Below are positions 29,130-38,208 of a DNA stretch of 47,845 bases, piece by piece. Positions within the stretch are counted from its first letter, which is position 1. Each line of letters opens with the position of its first letter. The position numbers and the translations under genes were made by a program. The notes below the pieces were generated by a model. It had not been told where the DNA came from, did no database searches, and was given only the letters and a program-made list of their open reading frames with translations. The stretch is taken from IMG/VR virus record IMGVR_UViG_3300048574_000460, positions 1-47,845 of that record. One strand, given 5' to 3'. This DNA comes from a virus (taxonomy: Duplodnaviria > Caudoviricetes).

Positions 29130-30438
29130 GGATTATGGCTTTAGTTTGTTCTTCGGTGAGCGCAACTCCATTCCGGATCAGACGGACAGTCTGCTCGGGA
29201 AACATGGAAATGTATCTCAGGACGGAAGCAGATACGTACTTGGCATCTATATCCATGGCATATCCTATTCTATCAATCTGCTGGCAGGCCATGATAACCG
29301 GGGAACTTCCAGAAAATAGGTCTAAGCAAATGGCATTCGGTCGGCTTGAATTGCGTATAGGGTAGGCCATCAGGGCTATGGGCTTCATGGTCGGGTGTAT
29401 GCCGTTACGGAGCGGTTTGTCAAATGGCCATATAGTCGATTGCTTACGGTCAGAGTTCCAGGTATGCGCGGCGCCTGGCTTCCATCCATACAAGCATGGT
29501 TCATGCTTCCACTGATAGTCCTGGCGTCCCATGACGATGGAGTTCTTGAGCCAGATACAGCATTGGGAAAAATAGAAACCTGCTTTGTTGAAGGCGTTGC
29601 GAAAGGCAGCACCGGCGCTTTCGGCATGGAAAACGTAGATGGGTGCGCCTGGGCGCATGACATCCAACATGGTGGTGAATACCTGGGTGAGGAATACTTC
29701 GAACAGGTCTCGCTCCATTGAATCGTTGCGGATGGTCAGCTCGTCGTCCGTTGCACCTTGGTAGTTGACATTATAGGGTGGATCCGTCACGGCAATATCG
29801 GCCATCTTGCCGTTCATTAGGGCCTTAACGTCTGCAGATACACGGCAATCACCACACATGAGACGGTGTCGGCCAAGCAACCAGATATCGCCTACCTGAG
29901 CGAAAATATTGCTTTCGTCATCTGGAACGATCAAGTCGTTGGCATCTTCGAGTATTTCGTCTATTTCAAGCTCACCACCGAACAGTTTGTCCTCGATGGA
30001 GTATTCGATCGGATCCAGTTTGAAGTCGGGCAGATTGAAGCGCTGAAGCGTATCAGCATCTATGTCGTACTTCTGGAAGAGTAGTGTGTCGGGGTTTTTT
30101 GTTGCAAACTCGGAATTGTATGCGGCAATTTCTTCGACGGCTTCCTTCTTGGAATCGCAGGATATTGGTTCGTATGGTATGTTTGGTACAATGAATCCAG
30201 CCTTGCGGAGTGCCAGCAGGGCTTTCTTTCGCTGGTGGGCATCAATTATCCACAATTTTCCATTCTCGTCTTTCCAAGCTTTGAAGGCATATTTGAATCC
30301 GCGTGAAAGAATGATCATTTGGAGCTTGGCAAGTTTGTCCGGGTCTGGAATCTTAAAGTCTTCCTGCAGTTCAAAAAAGTCCTCCAATGGAGCAACGGGT
30401 AGATTTCCAAGATTGTGCACTTCAATTGGTGTCTTCAT
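29107..30438 (-). CDS. DNA methyltransferase (N6A/N4C, beta class) with ParB-like N-terminus
   Basis: WIIDAHQR (ParB-like), HRLMCGD, TDPPYN (motif IV), HPTMKP, LDLFSGS (motif I). Confidence 0.9.
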   Translation of the reverse strand: MKTPIEVHNLGNLPVAPLEDFFELQEDFKIPDPDKLAKLQMIILSRGFKYAFKAWKDENGKLWIIDAHQRKKALLALRKAGFIVPNIPYEPISCDSKKEAVEEIAAYNSEFATKNPDTLLFQKYDIDADTLQRFNLPDFKLDPIEYSIEDKLFGGELEIDEILEDANDLIVPDDESNIFAQVGDIWLLGRHRLMCGDCRVSADVKALMNGKMADIAVTDPPYNVNYQGATDDELTIRNDSMERDLFEVFLTQVFTTMLDVMRPGAPIYVFHAESAGAAFRNAFNKAGFYFSQCCIWLKNSIVMGRQDYQWKHEPCLYGWKPGAAHTWNSDRKQSTIWPFDKPLRNGIHPTMKPIALMAYPIRNSSRPNAICLDLFSGSSPVIMACQQIDRIGYAMDIDAKYVSASVLRYISMFPEQTVRLIRNGVALTEEQTKAIIHVDTQES

Positions 30439-30921
30439 TTTCCAGTATTGATTTAAAGATGTTTTCTCGATCGATGTGAGCCTGAAGGTGAAGCTTGTCT
30501 GTTTTTCGCTTTGACTGTCGAGACTCTTGTTTAATGAATGATTTGTAGCGTTTTACGTTTCCTACGGTAGCAACATACTGTCGAAGAAATTCCTGCGGAT
30601 TCTTACGGCGAAGTTCGACCAGTTGGTTGTATTCGGATTCATGGATGATTAGCGGGTGGATGAACAGCCACTTTCCGGTATTGTTGTAGCTCTCGAGCTC
30701 CTTGAAACATTGAAGGTTCTGGTTTCGCAATTCGACCATCCTCAAGACTTTCGCATCTGTGGCATGGTTGTCGAATTCCTGATCCAGAACCTTCATGGCA
30801 CGATAGGTGTTGATCCTATCATTGTAGATAAGAATCGCCCTCTGAACATCCTTGTCAAGAATCTGATTCCAGCGTATGGCCGGATACTCTAACTCTTTTT
30901 GGAGGGGTCTACTTTTTTTTT
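30422..30921 (-). CDS. Downstream reading frame, probably reached by frameshift from 30909-31352
   Basis: Open +1 frame beyond the A10 run, with no ATG for about 40 codons after the upstream stop. Confidence 0.55.
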
Positions 30922-31352
30922 TCGGTGCCGGGAACTTCCGTGGCTTCTGGAGCAGCAGATGATTCGCTCTTTTTGGCCTTCGGCTCCTTGACAGTCTTTG
31001 GAGCTGCTGGTGTATTGGATGCTTTTGCAGCTTCACGTTCAGCCTTTTTAGCGGCTTTACCTGCTGCCATCTTTTCCAGTGCTGATTGTTTCTTTGCTTC
31101 GGCATCGGCATCGTTACCAGCTTCTTTTTCCGGCTTTTTTGAGCCACGTCGATTCAGACGGATTTCTTCTGCCGTCTTGAGATCAAGAAGTCTGTAAAGT
31201 ACTTCCTTATGATGACGTTGCGGATTTCGCTTGGCCGTCTCTACGATCCTCTCTTCAGGTCTAACCTTGCAGAGCAGATTAAGGTCTGCTTCTGCAAAGT
31301 CGGCGTTCTGAAGATCGTAGTACAGTTTATTTTTTTCCTTGAAACTATACAT
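30909..31352 (-). CDS. Hypothetical protein (tail-assembly-chaperone-like position)
   Basis: 147 aa with an A/K/E/P-rich C-terminus, ending GAA AAA AAA AAG TAG. Confidence 0.65.
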   Translation of the reverse strand: MYSFKEKNKLYYDLQNADFAEADLNLLCKVRPEERIVETAKRNPQRHHKEVLYRLLDLKTAEEIRLNRRGSKKPEKEAGNDADAEAKKQSALEKMAAGKAAKKAEREAAKASNTPAAPKTVKEPKAKKSESSAAPEATEVPGTEKKK

Positions 31353-31364
31353 GATCGGGTTGGT

Positions 31365-32378
31365 TTAAACAGTTTGTACACGTTTGCCACATTCGACCAG
31401 CGTAGTGCTGTCAAGAATGCGGAAGGAGATGGAAGAACCGACCTTGGCGGTCCAGGTGGCGCCACCTTCGAGGACAAATGCAGAGTTTTCTGCTATCGTT
31501 GCTGACTTAGTGGTGCCAGTACCCTTCAGGGTGATGATACGTCCCTTGTCGCTGTCGGTGATTCCGGAGACGGCGTTGATGGCATAGGTAGCGGCAGTGC
31601 CATCCGGGACGGAGTAGCTGTTCTGTCCGGCGGCAATAGCTAGTGTGGTTGCATCGGCGGTATGAACGGCAGGAGCCTGAACAACGAGCGCACCGGCATA
31701 GGTATGGTATTGAACCACACTGGAGCGTTCGAAGGTGAAGGTGATGTAACGGCCTTCCTTGTCGTTCTTGGTGTCGAACTTTTTCAGCTTCATGGGCTTG
31801 TCCGCACTTCCCAAAATTTTCCATGATGTTTCTCCCACTTCCCTAAACAATATGATGAACTTATTCCCCAGGTGTCCTTCGCAGAAATTGAGAAGCTGTT
31901 CCCTGATTCCAGCCATGACTATTACAAAGGAGTTGGTACCTGTATTGGTAATATCTCCATTATCTCCGGTTCCGGTGTACGTTGGTATGGCGTGTGATTC
32001 GAAGTACTTCATGTATTGTCCGATAGACATTGGAATCTGCCCTACCTCTCTGGAAGCATTGGGCAAAGGAAAGGCTTGCGTCTTGTCGATTTGCTCACTC
32101 ACATCGATTAGATAGACCTGATATGCGATGTTTTCTCCGGTGGTATAGACATCGGAAATGTCTTCAACGTTTCCTATTCCCATCATGAGCGCCAGGGATC
32201 CGGAACCGCAAAAGAGGTGCATACCGGTATTAGAGAACGACGGATCAACAAATATTCCAATAGCGGCTATAACAGCCACCATGGCCAGAAGAAACAGCAC
32301 AAATCCGGTCTTTTTTTTCTGATCGGCGGCAATGGCCCTTTGGTGTGCTCGTAAGATTTGAATGGGTTTCATATTCAA
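31365..32378 (-). CDS. Major structural protein, probable tail tube, with N-terminal hydrophobic segment
   Basis: Follows the capsid gene; beta-rich core and C-terminal accessory domain. Tube assignment is inference. Confidence 0.5.
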   Translation of the reverse strand: MNMKPIQILRAHQRAIAADQKKKTGFVLFLLAMVAVIAAIGIFVDPSFSNTGMHLFCGSGSLALMMGIGNVEDISDVYTTGENIAYQVYLIDVSEQIDKTQAFPLPNASREVGQIPMSIGQYMKYFESHAIPTYTGTGDNGDITNTGTNSFVIVMAGIREQLLNFCEGHLGNKFIILFREVGETSWKILGSADKPMKLKKFDTKNDKEGRYITFTFERSSVVQYHTYAGALVVQAPAVHTADATTLAIAAGQNSYSVPDGTAATYAINAVSGITDSDKGRIITLKGTGTTKSATIAENSAFVLEGGATWTAKVGSSISFRILDSTTLVECGKRVQTV

Positions 32379-32417
32379 TGTATTATTGATTAATGATTTG
32401 ATTTTTGATAGAAATCC

Positions 32418-32455
32418 AAAAAACAGGGAGTAGCGTTTAAAGCTTTCTCCCTGTT
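32418..32455 (-). terminator. Terminator after the capsid gene
   Basis: AACAGGGAG / CTCCCTGTT stem with a T run on the minus strand. Confidence 0.7.
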
Positions 32456-32463
32456 ATTTTAGT

Positions 32464-34512
32464 TTATCGTGCACCCGGAACGTTAGGTTGCAACGATGGG
32501 TTTACGGTTCGAACACCACCTACACAGCGTTCCATTTCGAGGAACTTCCCAGTAGATGCAAGAACGACCATGATGTAGTCGCCAACAGCGGTCGGAGTGT
32601 ATGCGCCGGTCAGTTCGGAGAACTTGGCTGCCTTGGCAATGGTAGTCGGGAACGTAACATCGCCGCATTCGATGATGTAAGCAGGTCCACCTACGGCATG
32701 AACAATGTCAGTCAAAGCCGTGGCCTTTGTGTTGACACCGGTTACGAACCAGAAGTTACTTTCTGCATCGACAGTGGTGGCATCTGCAACGACGGCGGTT
32801 GCCGGCTTATTACAGAAAATTTGCTGCATGGCGTACTTGTTTGCCTTCAAGTCAGAAGCCGTGGTGAATCGGCGACCGGTGAAGGATGCGGAAGTACCTT
32901 CTTTCCAAGTAGACCATCCCTTGACCAGTTCCATGTCTTCCTTCAGTTTCACGGCGTACATTTCGCCAGGAACATAACCAAGACCTTGCAAGTTTCCCGG
33001 ACGTTGGATGAAGATGAATTTGAGCTGATCCATGTTAGGAACCCATGCGATGGCAACCTTGGTATCGGGAACGATATTCAGGTAGCTGTTCGGGCCTTGG
33101 AAATCGATGTCCTTGCCATAGGTGGTACGGCAATTGTTGATCCACCACTGTTGATGGTTTTCGTTCAGGTGAACCACCTGACCGTTCATCTTTTGACCAG
33201 GGGCCAAATTGGTGCGGACTTCTTCTACCAAATCCTTGACGGTATCAAGGAAGTCGGTGTTGTCGTAGGTTGCGTAGGCGTCATCGTCGTTGAGCAACAA
33301 CTTGTTTTCGTGGTAGTAGCGGATTAGCGTGTAGATCACACCGGTACCGGCATTGAGGTAAGAACCAGCTACTCCGGATTCGGGTTTTACATAGATACCA
33401 AGGATTCGACGAATGTTGTATTCGTTGGCCATGTTTAGGTACATGTTGAGCAACATGAATTCGATCATTCCCCACTTGATGGGATCGGATCCGGAAGTGT
33501 TCAGGTAACCGATGTACAGACGTTCGATTTCCTTCATGGAACCAAATTTAAATTTAGCCATGCCATCGTCGACGTGACCGAATTCAGGTTCCAGTGTCAT
33601 GCTTCCCTTCCAAATCTCACCTTCCTGATAAGCCTGTGATACTTCGGTGAAGAATGCGTTGGTGATCATCTCACGGTCTTGAATACCGTAACGGACTGGG
33701 AACAGGGCATCGACACTGTCGATTTCAAGAATTCGAGCGATAAGAGCGTCTTGACGACGAACAATAAACTGAGCGCCAAGACCGGCATCAGCCAAACCGG
33801 TGGTTGTGATTCCGAAGCTTGCTTTCAGGGTTTCAGAATTCAGACGGCCTTCGCGGTGCAGTTGAGCGTAGCGATTAGCTGTGGATTTGCTGAAGCTGGA
33901 AAGTTCGGTCTGGAAGGCTTTAAGATCGGCTTCCTCGTCGGGAGCGTTTACAATGGCAAATGATGGATTTTGAGCGATCTTATTCCAACGTTTTTCCATG
34001 GAAAACATGGGGGCGGAGATTCCGAACAGGTGAGTTTCGGTGGTACCTGGACCCTGAGCCGTGATCTGCATGGTTGCGGAATCGGCAGGGACATCGGGCT
34101 TGGCAACGGCAGCCATCTTGTCAATCTGTTGTTGCATGGAGGCGAAAAGTGTTTGGATTTGCTTGGCAATGGGAGTAAGTTCCTCTGCAGCTGGTGCAGC
34201 TACGGGTGCAGCAGATCCGTCTTCTGCAGCGGGTGCAGGTGCGGCGCCTTCGGCTGCGGGGGTTTCGGTGGCAGCTGGTGCAGGAGTTCCTGCAGCGACG
34301 TTGAGCACATCGAGGATCTGGCGTTGTTCAGCTTCGAGGACTGCAAGGCGTTGATTTTCCTGAAGGTCGGCCTTCAGTTCCGTGCCGTATTTTTCCTTGT
34401 AATCGGAAAAAACTTTCTTCCAATCTTCTTCGTTCATGGTTCCGGCTTTTGCTTTGTCGGTGAAACCAAGTGCGCTGAAGATGGCGGCAAGCTGTTTCTG
34501 GAATTTGTTCAT
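32464..34512 (-). CDS. Major capsid protein with N-terminal scaffold-like region and C-terminal extra domain
   Basis: 682 aa directly after the S49 protease; A/P/E-rich linker; followed by a terminator. Confidence 0.7.
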   Translation of the reverse strand: MNKFQKQLAAIFSALGFTDKAKAGTMNEEDWKKVFSDYKEKYGTELKADLQENQRLAVLEAEQRQILDVLNVAAGTPAPAATETPAAEGAAPAPAAEDGSAAPVAAPAAEELTPIAKQIQTLFASMQQQIDKMAAVAKPDVPADSATMQITAQGPGTTETHLFGISAPMFSMEKRWNKIAQNPSFAIVNAPDEEADLKAFQTELSSFSKSTANRYAQLHREGRLNSETLKASFGITTTGLADAGLGAQFIVRRQDALIARILEIDSVDALFPVRYGIQDREMITNAFFTEVSQAYQEGEIWKGSMTLEPEFGHVDDGMAKFKFGSMKEIERLYIGYLNTSGSDPIKWGMIEFMLLNMYLNMANEYNIRRILGIYVKPESGVAGSYLNAGTGVIYTLIRYYHENKLLLNDDDAYATYDNTDFLDTVKDLVEEVRTNLAPGQKMNGQVVHLNENHQQWWINNCRTTYGKDIDFQGPNSYLNIVPDTKVAIAWVPNMDQLKFIFIQRPGNLQGLGYVPGEMYAVKLKEDMELVKGWSTWKEGTSASFTGRRFTTASDLKANKYAMQQIFCNKPATAVVADATTVDAESNFWFVTGVNTKATALTDIVHAVGGPAYIIECGDVTFPTTIAKAAKFSELTGAYTPTAVGDYIMVVLASTGKFLEMERCVGGVRTVNPSLQPNVPGAR

Positions 34513-34537
34513 CTTGTTTGAATTAGATGGTTAATAA

Positions 34538-35512
34538 TTATAGGAGTTTTGTAATGCCATTTCTGATTGATTTGGATTGAAGCCATTCCTGTCCGAGAGT
34601 GTGTGCCTCTTGGATGGCTTCCTGAATGGAGGTGATGCCGTCGATGAGTCCGTTGTCTGCAGCTTGTGCTAGTTCTGAACGATAGGTCTCACCCTGTAGG
34701 ATTGGGTGGTCGTCCGGATGCTTGGATATGATGGGGCGTGTGGCCTGGACTTCAGCAATGAATTGCTCGCAAAGTGGATCCAACATATCTTGTCGATACT
34801 TGGCCGGCTTTCCGTCGCATAGGTCGTTGAAGGTTTTGTTCTTGAGCGGTGAACGTGTAGCGTAGACTTCGACCTTGACAAAGCCTTCCTTTTCCATGTA
34901 CTTGTCTGTATTCCAAAAAGCGACCATGGTGCCGATGCAACCAATGATGTCGTTTTGCGTGATGGCCTTAATGACGGTTCCGTGACAACCTATATAATAG
35001 GCTGCGGATCCGCAGGTGCGTTGAATAAGTACATAGATGGGTTTTGAGCAGTTGTTGAGGGTCTTGGATATTTGATCCAGATAGTAGGCTTCACCGCCTC
35101 CGGAGTTGATGTGCAGAAAATGAACCGCAATTTGTGGGTTATCCTCTGCAGTCATGATATCGCGCTCAAAGCGCATGGTTGAGAACCAATAATAGGCATC
35201 GGAAAGTATGGTTCCGAAAATACGGTGATAAGCGATGGAACCGTCTGGAATTTCCAGATTGCCGTAATCGGTTGTAATGTTGGGTTCGTCCGCGGAGGAT
35301 TTTTCCAGTTGCTGGATGATGAGATTGAGTTCCTCCTGCGTTTTTTCGGCGTAGGTCTTTGGTTTGTCCAGTCCAAATAAGAAGTTCTCATTCCTTATGG
35401 CTGGAGCATATTGAATCATCAACGCGCTGAGAGATTCGCGGGTGATGAATTGGTTTCCTGACAAGAGAAATGGAATAATCTCACTTGTTGGAGAAGTGTT
35501 GGTGTGGTCCAT
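34538..35512 (-). CDS. S49/ClpP-like prohead protease
   Basis: LHINSGGG, CGSAAYYIG, IGCIGT and GLIDGI motifs. Confidence 0.9.
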   Translation of the reverse strand: MDHTNTSPTSEIIPFLLSGNQFITRESLSALMIQYAPAIRNENFLFGLDKPKTYAEKTQEELNLIIQQLEKSSADEPNITTDYGNLEIPDGSIAYHRIFGTILSDAYYWFSTMRFERDIMTAEDNPQIAVHFLHINSGGGEAYYLDQISKTLNNCSKPIYVLIQRTCGSAAYYIGCHGTVIKAITQNDIIGCIGTMVAFWNTDKYMEKEGFVKVEVYATRSPLKNKTFNDLCDGKPAKYRQDMLDPLCEQFIAEVQATRPIISKHPDDHPILQGETYRSELAQAADNGLIDGITSIQEAIQEAHTLGQEWLQSKSIRNGITKLL

Positions 35513-35528
35513 CTCGTACGATTTGTAA

Positions 35529-35563
35529 CAAAGCTATTCGTACTGGATGGGCTTTTATAGGAC
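35529..35563 (-). promoter_or_regulatory. Putative late promoter, copy 4 (GTCCTAT-N20-TAGCTTTG)
   Basis: Same spacing as the other copies; upstream of the protease-capsid operon. Confidence 0.7.
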
Positions 35564-35574
35564 GTAAATAATGG

Positions 35575-35949
35575 CTAGAACGGGCTTTGTATGAGTTTTG
35601 CTGCCATGTACATCTTTGATTTTTGGATGCCTTTTTGGATGGATACGGTGGCTGGTGCCCGGTTTGATCCCAGGGAATATTTTATGCCTTCGGTATCTTT
35701 TACCACTACTATGGATTTTACCGGATAGGAAAAACGGGCAAGTTCGGCGGTTGATGGTGTCTCCAGTGTGAGTTCTTTGCTATAATCGAATATGGTGCCG
35801 GCTTCGTATTGTGTAGGTGTTGGTTCTAAAAAAAAATCATCGCAGGTAAAACAATGCGATCCGACCAAGTCGTCTTCCCACGGTCTCGGGTTCTCTGATG
35901 TGAGTTCGTCGATGGGGTAAACGCTTATAATGTTGCTAAATTCTTTCAT
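35575..35949 (-). CDS. Hypothetical phage protein
   Basis: Probable start MKEFSN at 35949. Confidence 0.6.
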   Translation of the reverse strand: MKEFSNIISVYPIDELTSENPRPWEDDLVGSHCFTCDDFFLEPTPTQYEAGTIFDYSKELTLETPSTAELARFSYPVKSIVVVKDTEGIKYSLGSNRAPATVSIQKGIQKSKMYMAAKLIQSPF

Positions 35950-36057
35950 AACTCTTTGATTTATAATTATTACGCACTTTTTGCACACTTTTTGCGCTTT
36001 TTTCGGACAAAAACGGTGGTCAAATGCGGTTATTTTTTTGGTTCGTTTTAACTCTAT

Positions 36058-36540
36058 TTAACACTTCTTATTATAAGATCTCTTTTTCTGATTTCGCTTG
36101 CATTTGGCCAGTCTTCTATAGTTGTGTTTGATCAGGGCGTCTTCGGTGATGCTATGGATTCCATACTCGCAAATGAAGGAGTAAACAACTTGTTGGGTAG
36201 TGTTTGGTTTTCCATCCATTATGTTTTCCTCGATGCGTTGATGCAGTTCCAGAAAGAATAGGGCCTCTATTTTCAATTCAAGTATTTCTACCGAGCATTG
36301 CTCTAGATAGTTGTATGCAATTGGATTCTTACCAACACGCTGCTCGTTTAATACCAATTCCAAATTTCCTTCATCGACAGGAGAAACATTGTTTGGACGT
36401 CTACGCATCAGTTGCCACATCATGTGGTATAAATCGTCTGATTCTGGCAGATTTATAGGCATCCCGTCGTCGCAGTTATTGTATTTTCCGTATAAATATT
36501 CCGCTAAATGTGGTTTGATGTAGATTTTGGTAGTAATCAC
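36058..36540 (-). CDS. Putative transcriptional regulator (candidate late activator)
   Basis: N-terminal strand-helix pattern (ITTKIYIKPHLAEYL) and basic C-terminal helix; sits at the early/late boundary. Confidence 0.5.
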   Translation of the reverse strand: MITTKIYIKPHLAEYLYGKYNNCDDGMPINLPESDDLYHMMWQLMRRRPNNVSPVDEGNLELVLNEQRVGKNPIAYNYLEQCSVEILELKIEALFFLELHQRIEENIMDGKPNTTQQVVYSFICEYGIHSITEDALIKHNYRRLAKCKRNQKKRSYNKKC

Positions 36541-36599
36541 AGTTTTTTTGTTTTTTGTGTGTGTTTATATTTTTTTTAGGTAGTAGTGCTTATATCTGC

Positions 36600-36907
36600 A
36601 TCATACAGTCCTACAGTCATACACTCACATTTAAGTTACTGATTATTTGCGACATATAAAAATATTTTTCCAAAAAAAATGTAGAATAGGCGTCATACAC
36701 GTCCTACAAATGCCAAAAGTGTATGACGGATGTTTCTAAATATCTGAAATGGTGAATTTTACTCCGTCATACAGCGTCATACACAAACCTACAGTCATAC
36801 ATTAAAAATGCAAAAAGATGGAAACAGATATCAGCCTGATTATATGCCATATATATAATAATTTTTTGAAAAAAAATATAATATGTATGACTGTATGACT
36901 GTATGAC
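36600..36907. repeat. Iteron array, probable replication origin
   Basis: GTCATACA forward at 36616, 36692, 36766, 36776, 36794; reverse at 36720, 36884, 36892, 36900; GTCCTACA at 36608 and 36701; AT-rich spacers. Confidence 0.75.
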
Positions 36908-37053
36908 GATATGTTTTGATTTTTAAAGTCCGAAAATTGAGGTTTATTACTTTTTGCTCCTTATTGTAAAATTTGGGGGTACGGGGGTTGAGAGTTTTGA
37001 CTGACATACCAACAAGAGAAAATAAAGAATGAATAGACCTACCGGCTGAATAT

Positions 37054-37084
37054 AAAAAATCCACGCCGGAGTGGTGGCGTGGAT
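37054..37084 (-). terminator. Terminator of the early operon
   Basis: 9-bp stem ATCCACGCC / GGCGTGGAT followed by a T run on the minus strand. Confidence 0.75.
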
Positions 37085-37113
37085 CAACATGGAGTGGTCT
37101 ACTCCTTTGAAAC

Positions 37114-37335
37114 TTAAATAGCTTCTTCGAAAGTGAGATAGTAAAATTTACCTCTCTCAAATTCTTGAGCCGCTTTTGTTTCCTTGTCAATGTTTAATTT
37201 CAAATTTCCGCACGGAGTAGCTTTTGCATAATCTGCATTTTCTCCTTCAGTTCCGTAAACGGCATTGAAATTAACTGACATTGCGTAACCCAAATCAACG
37301 ATTGAATTACATTGAAATTTTGCTTTTACAGCCAT
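37114..37335 (-). CDS. Small hypothetical phage protein
   Basis: 73-aa ATG ORF with an A-rich leader, followed by the terminator. Confidence 0.7.
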   Translation of the reverse strand: MAVKAKFQCNSIVDLGYAMSVNFNAVYGTEGENADYAKATPCGNLKLNIDKETKAAQEFERGKFYYLTFEEAI

Positions 37336-37357
37336 GATAAAATGTATTAAATAATGC

Positions 37358-37500
37358 CAGCCCCTAACAAGCGGTCATACAATAGCGGGGTGGCAGTGCT
37401 GCTTGTAACCGTGTGCATCTTTTCATCATTTGTGTCGGTTGATAGGGTTCTGCATCTTATTCCCAGCCGATTTTATACCGCCGTTCGTTATTGGTTAGTT
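37358..37500. repeat. attC-like imperfect palindromic element
   Basis: Begins CCCTAAC..GCGGTCATAC and ends TATACCGC...CGTTATTGG; intergenic. Confidence 0.4.
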
Positions 37501-37910
37501 AAAAAAGAAGACGAGAGCTGTGTAGCTATTTTTTGAGTGATCTTTTTTAACTTAACCTTGTCAAAATGATGATTTACAATATCATAAATTGCTAGTGCAA
37601 ATTCATCTCCGTTAAATAATGCTTTATAATATCCGTCTGGATCATATTTTTCTTTGACTTTTTCAAGAGTTTTATAAAAACTATTTTTCACGTTACGATC
37701 TTCAAGTCTAATTCCGAAATCAACTTCATAATCCTGGTATTTGAAATTTAAATTATAAATGAATTTGACGTGACTTTTTGTGTACAATAACTCTGCAAAT
37801 AACTTGCTGTCTTCTTTGTAGCAAAAAATGAATATAGTTGCAATACGCAACTTGTCTTCAACACTATAAATTTCCCGTGTCGTATCGTAAATAATCTTTT
37901 CTATTTCCAT
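37488..37910 (-). CDS. Hypothetical protein on a cassette-like segment
   Basis: 140-aa AT-rich ORF flanked by inverted GTTATTGG(G)TTAGTT. Confidence 0.6.
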   Translation of the reverse strand: MEIEKIIYDTTREIYSVEDKLRIATIFIFCYKEDSKLFAELLYTKSHVKFIYNLNFKYQDYEVDFGIRLEDRNVKNSFYKTLEKVKEKYDPDGYYKALFNGDEFALAIYDIVNHHFDKVKLKKITQKIATQLSSSFLTNQ

Positions 37911-37986
37911 GTTTCAACATTGAATGATTAAAAACTAACCCAATAACACATATGAATAAAATTACATTTATTGGCCTTTACTATGC

Positions 37987-38205
37987 CTAGTCAGGGCTCT
38001 CTTTCATGATTTCAATCTCATACCTTAACGCTCTACAAACCAATGGGCGACCATTCACGAATATTTCAATTAGAAATACATGACCGTATGCCCTTCCCCA
38101 ATCTTCGGCACCTATGATTCTCCCAATTTTTCCACCCCATGCATGAATTGCGGAGATTATTCTAACCTCCGATCCAACTAAACTTAAATCAATATCTTTT
38201 TCCAT
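37987..38205 (-). CDS. Small SH3/KOW-like hypothetical protein
   Basis: VGSEVRII.....GKIGRII pattern. Confidence 0.55.
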   Translation of the reverse strand: MEKDIDLSLVGSEVRIISAIHAWGGKIGRIIGAEDWGRAYGHVFLIEIFVNGRPLVCRALRYEIEIMKESPD

Positions 38206-38208
38206 ATT

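Noticed and set aside
30922-31147. N-terminal part of the 241-aa ORF as an independent gene start
   Set aside because: It is an alternate-frame shadow of the low-complexity tail of the 147-aa gene and has a non-ATG start.
32488-34521. Long plus-strand ORFs (279 aa, 183 aa) and similar antisense ORFs elsewhere
   Set aside because: They are antisense shadows of codon-biased genes such as capsid and primase, with no recognisable motifs.
36600-36907. CRISPR array
   Set aside because: Repeats are 8 bp, occur in both orientations, have irregular spacing, and no cas genes are present.
36840-37190. 116-aa ORF
   Set aside because: It crosses a terminator and the iteron array and overlaps the better-supported 73-aa gene.
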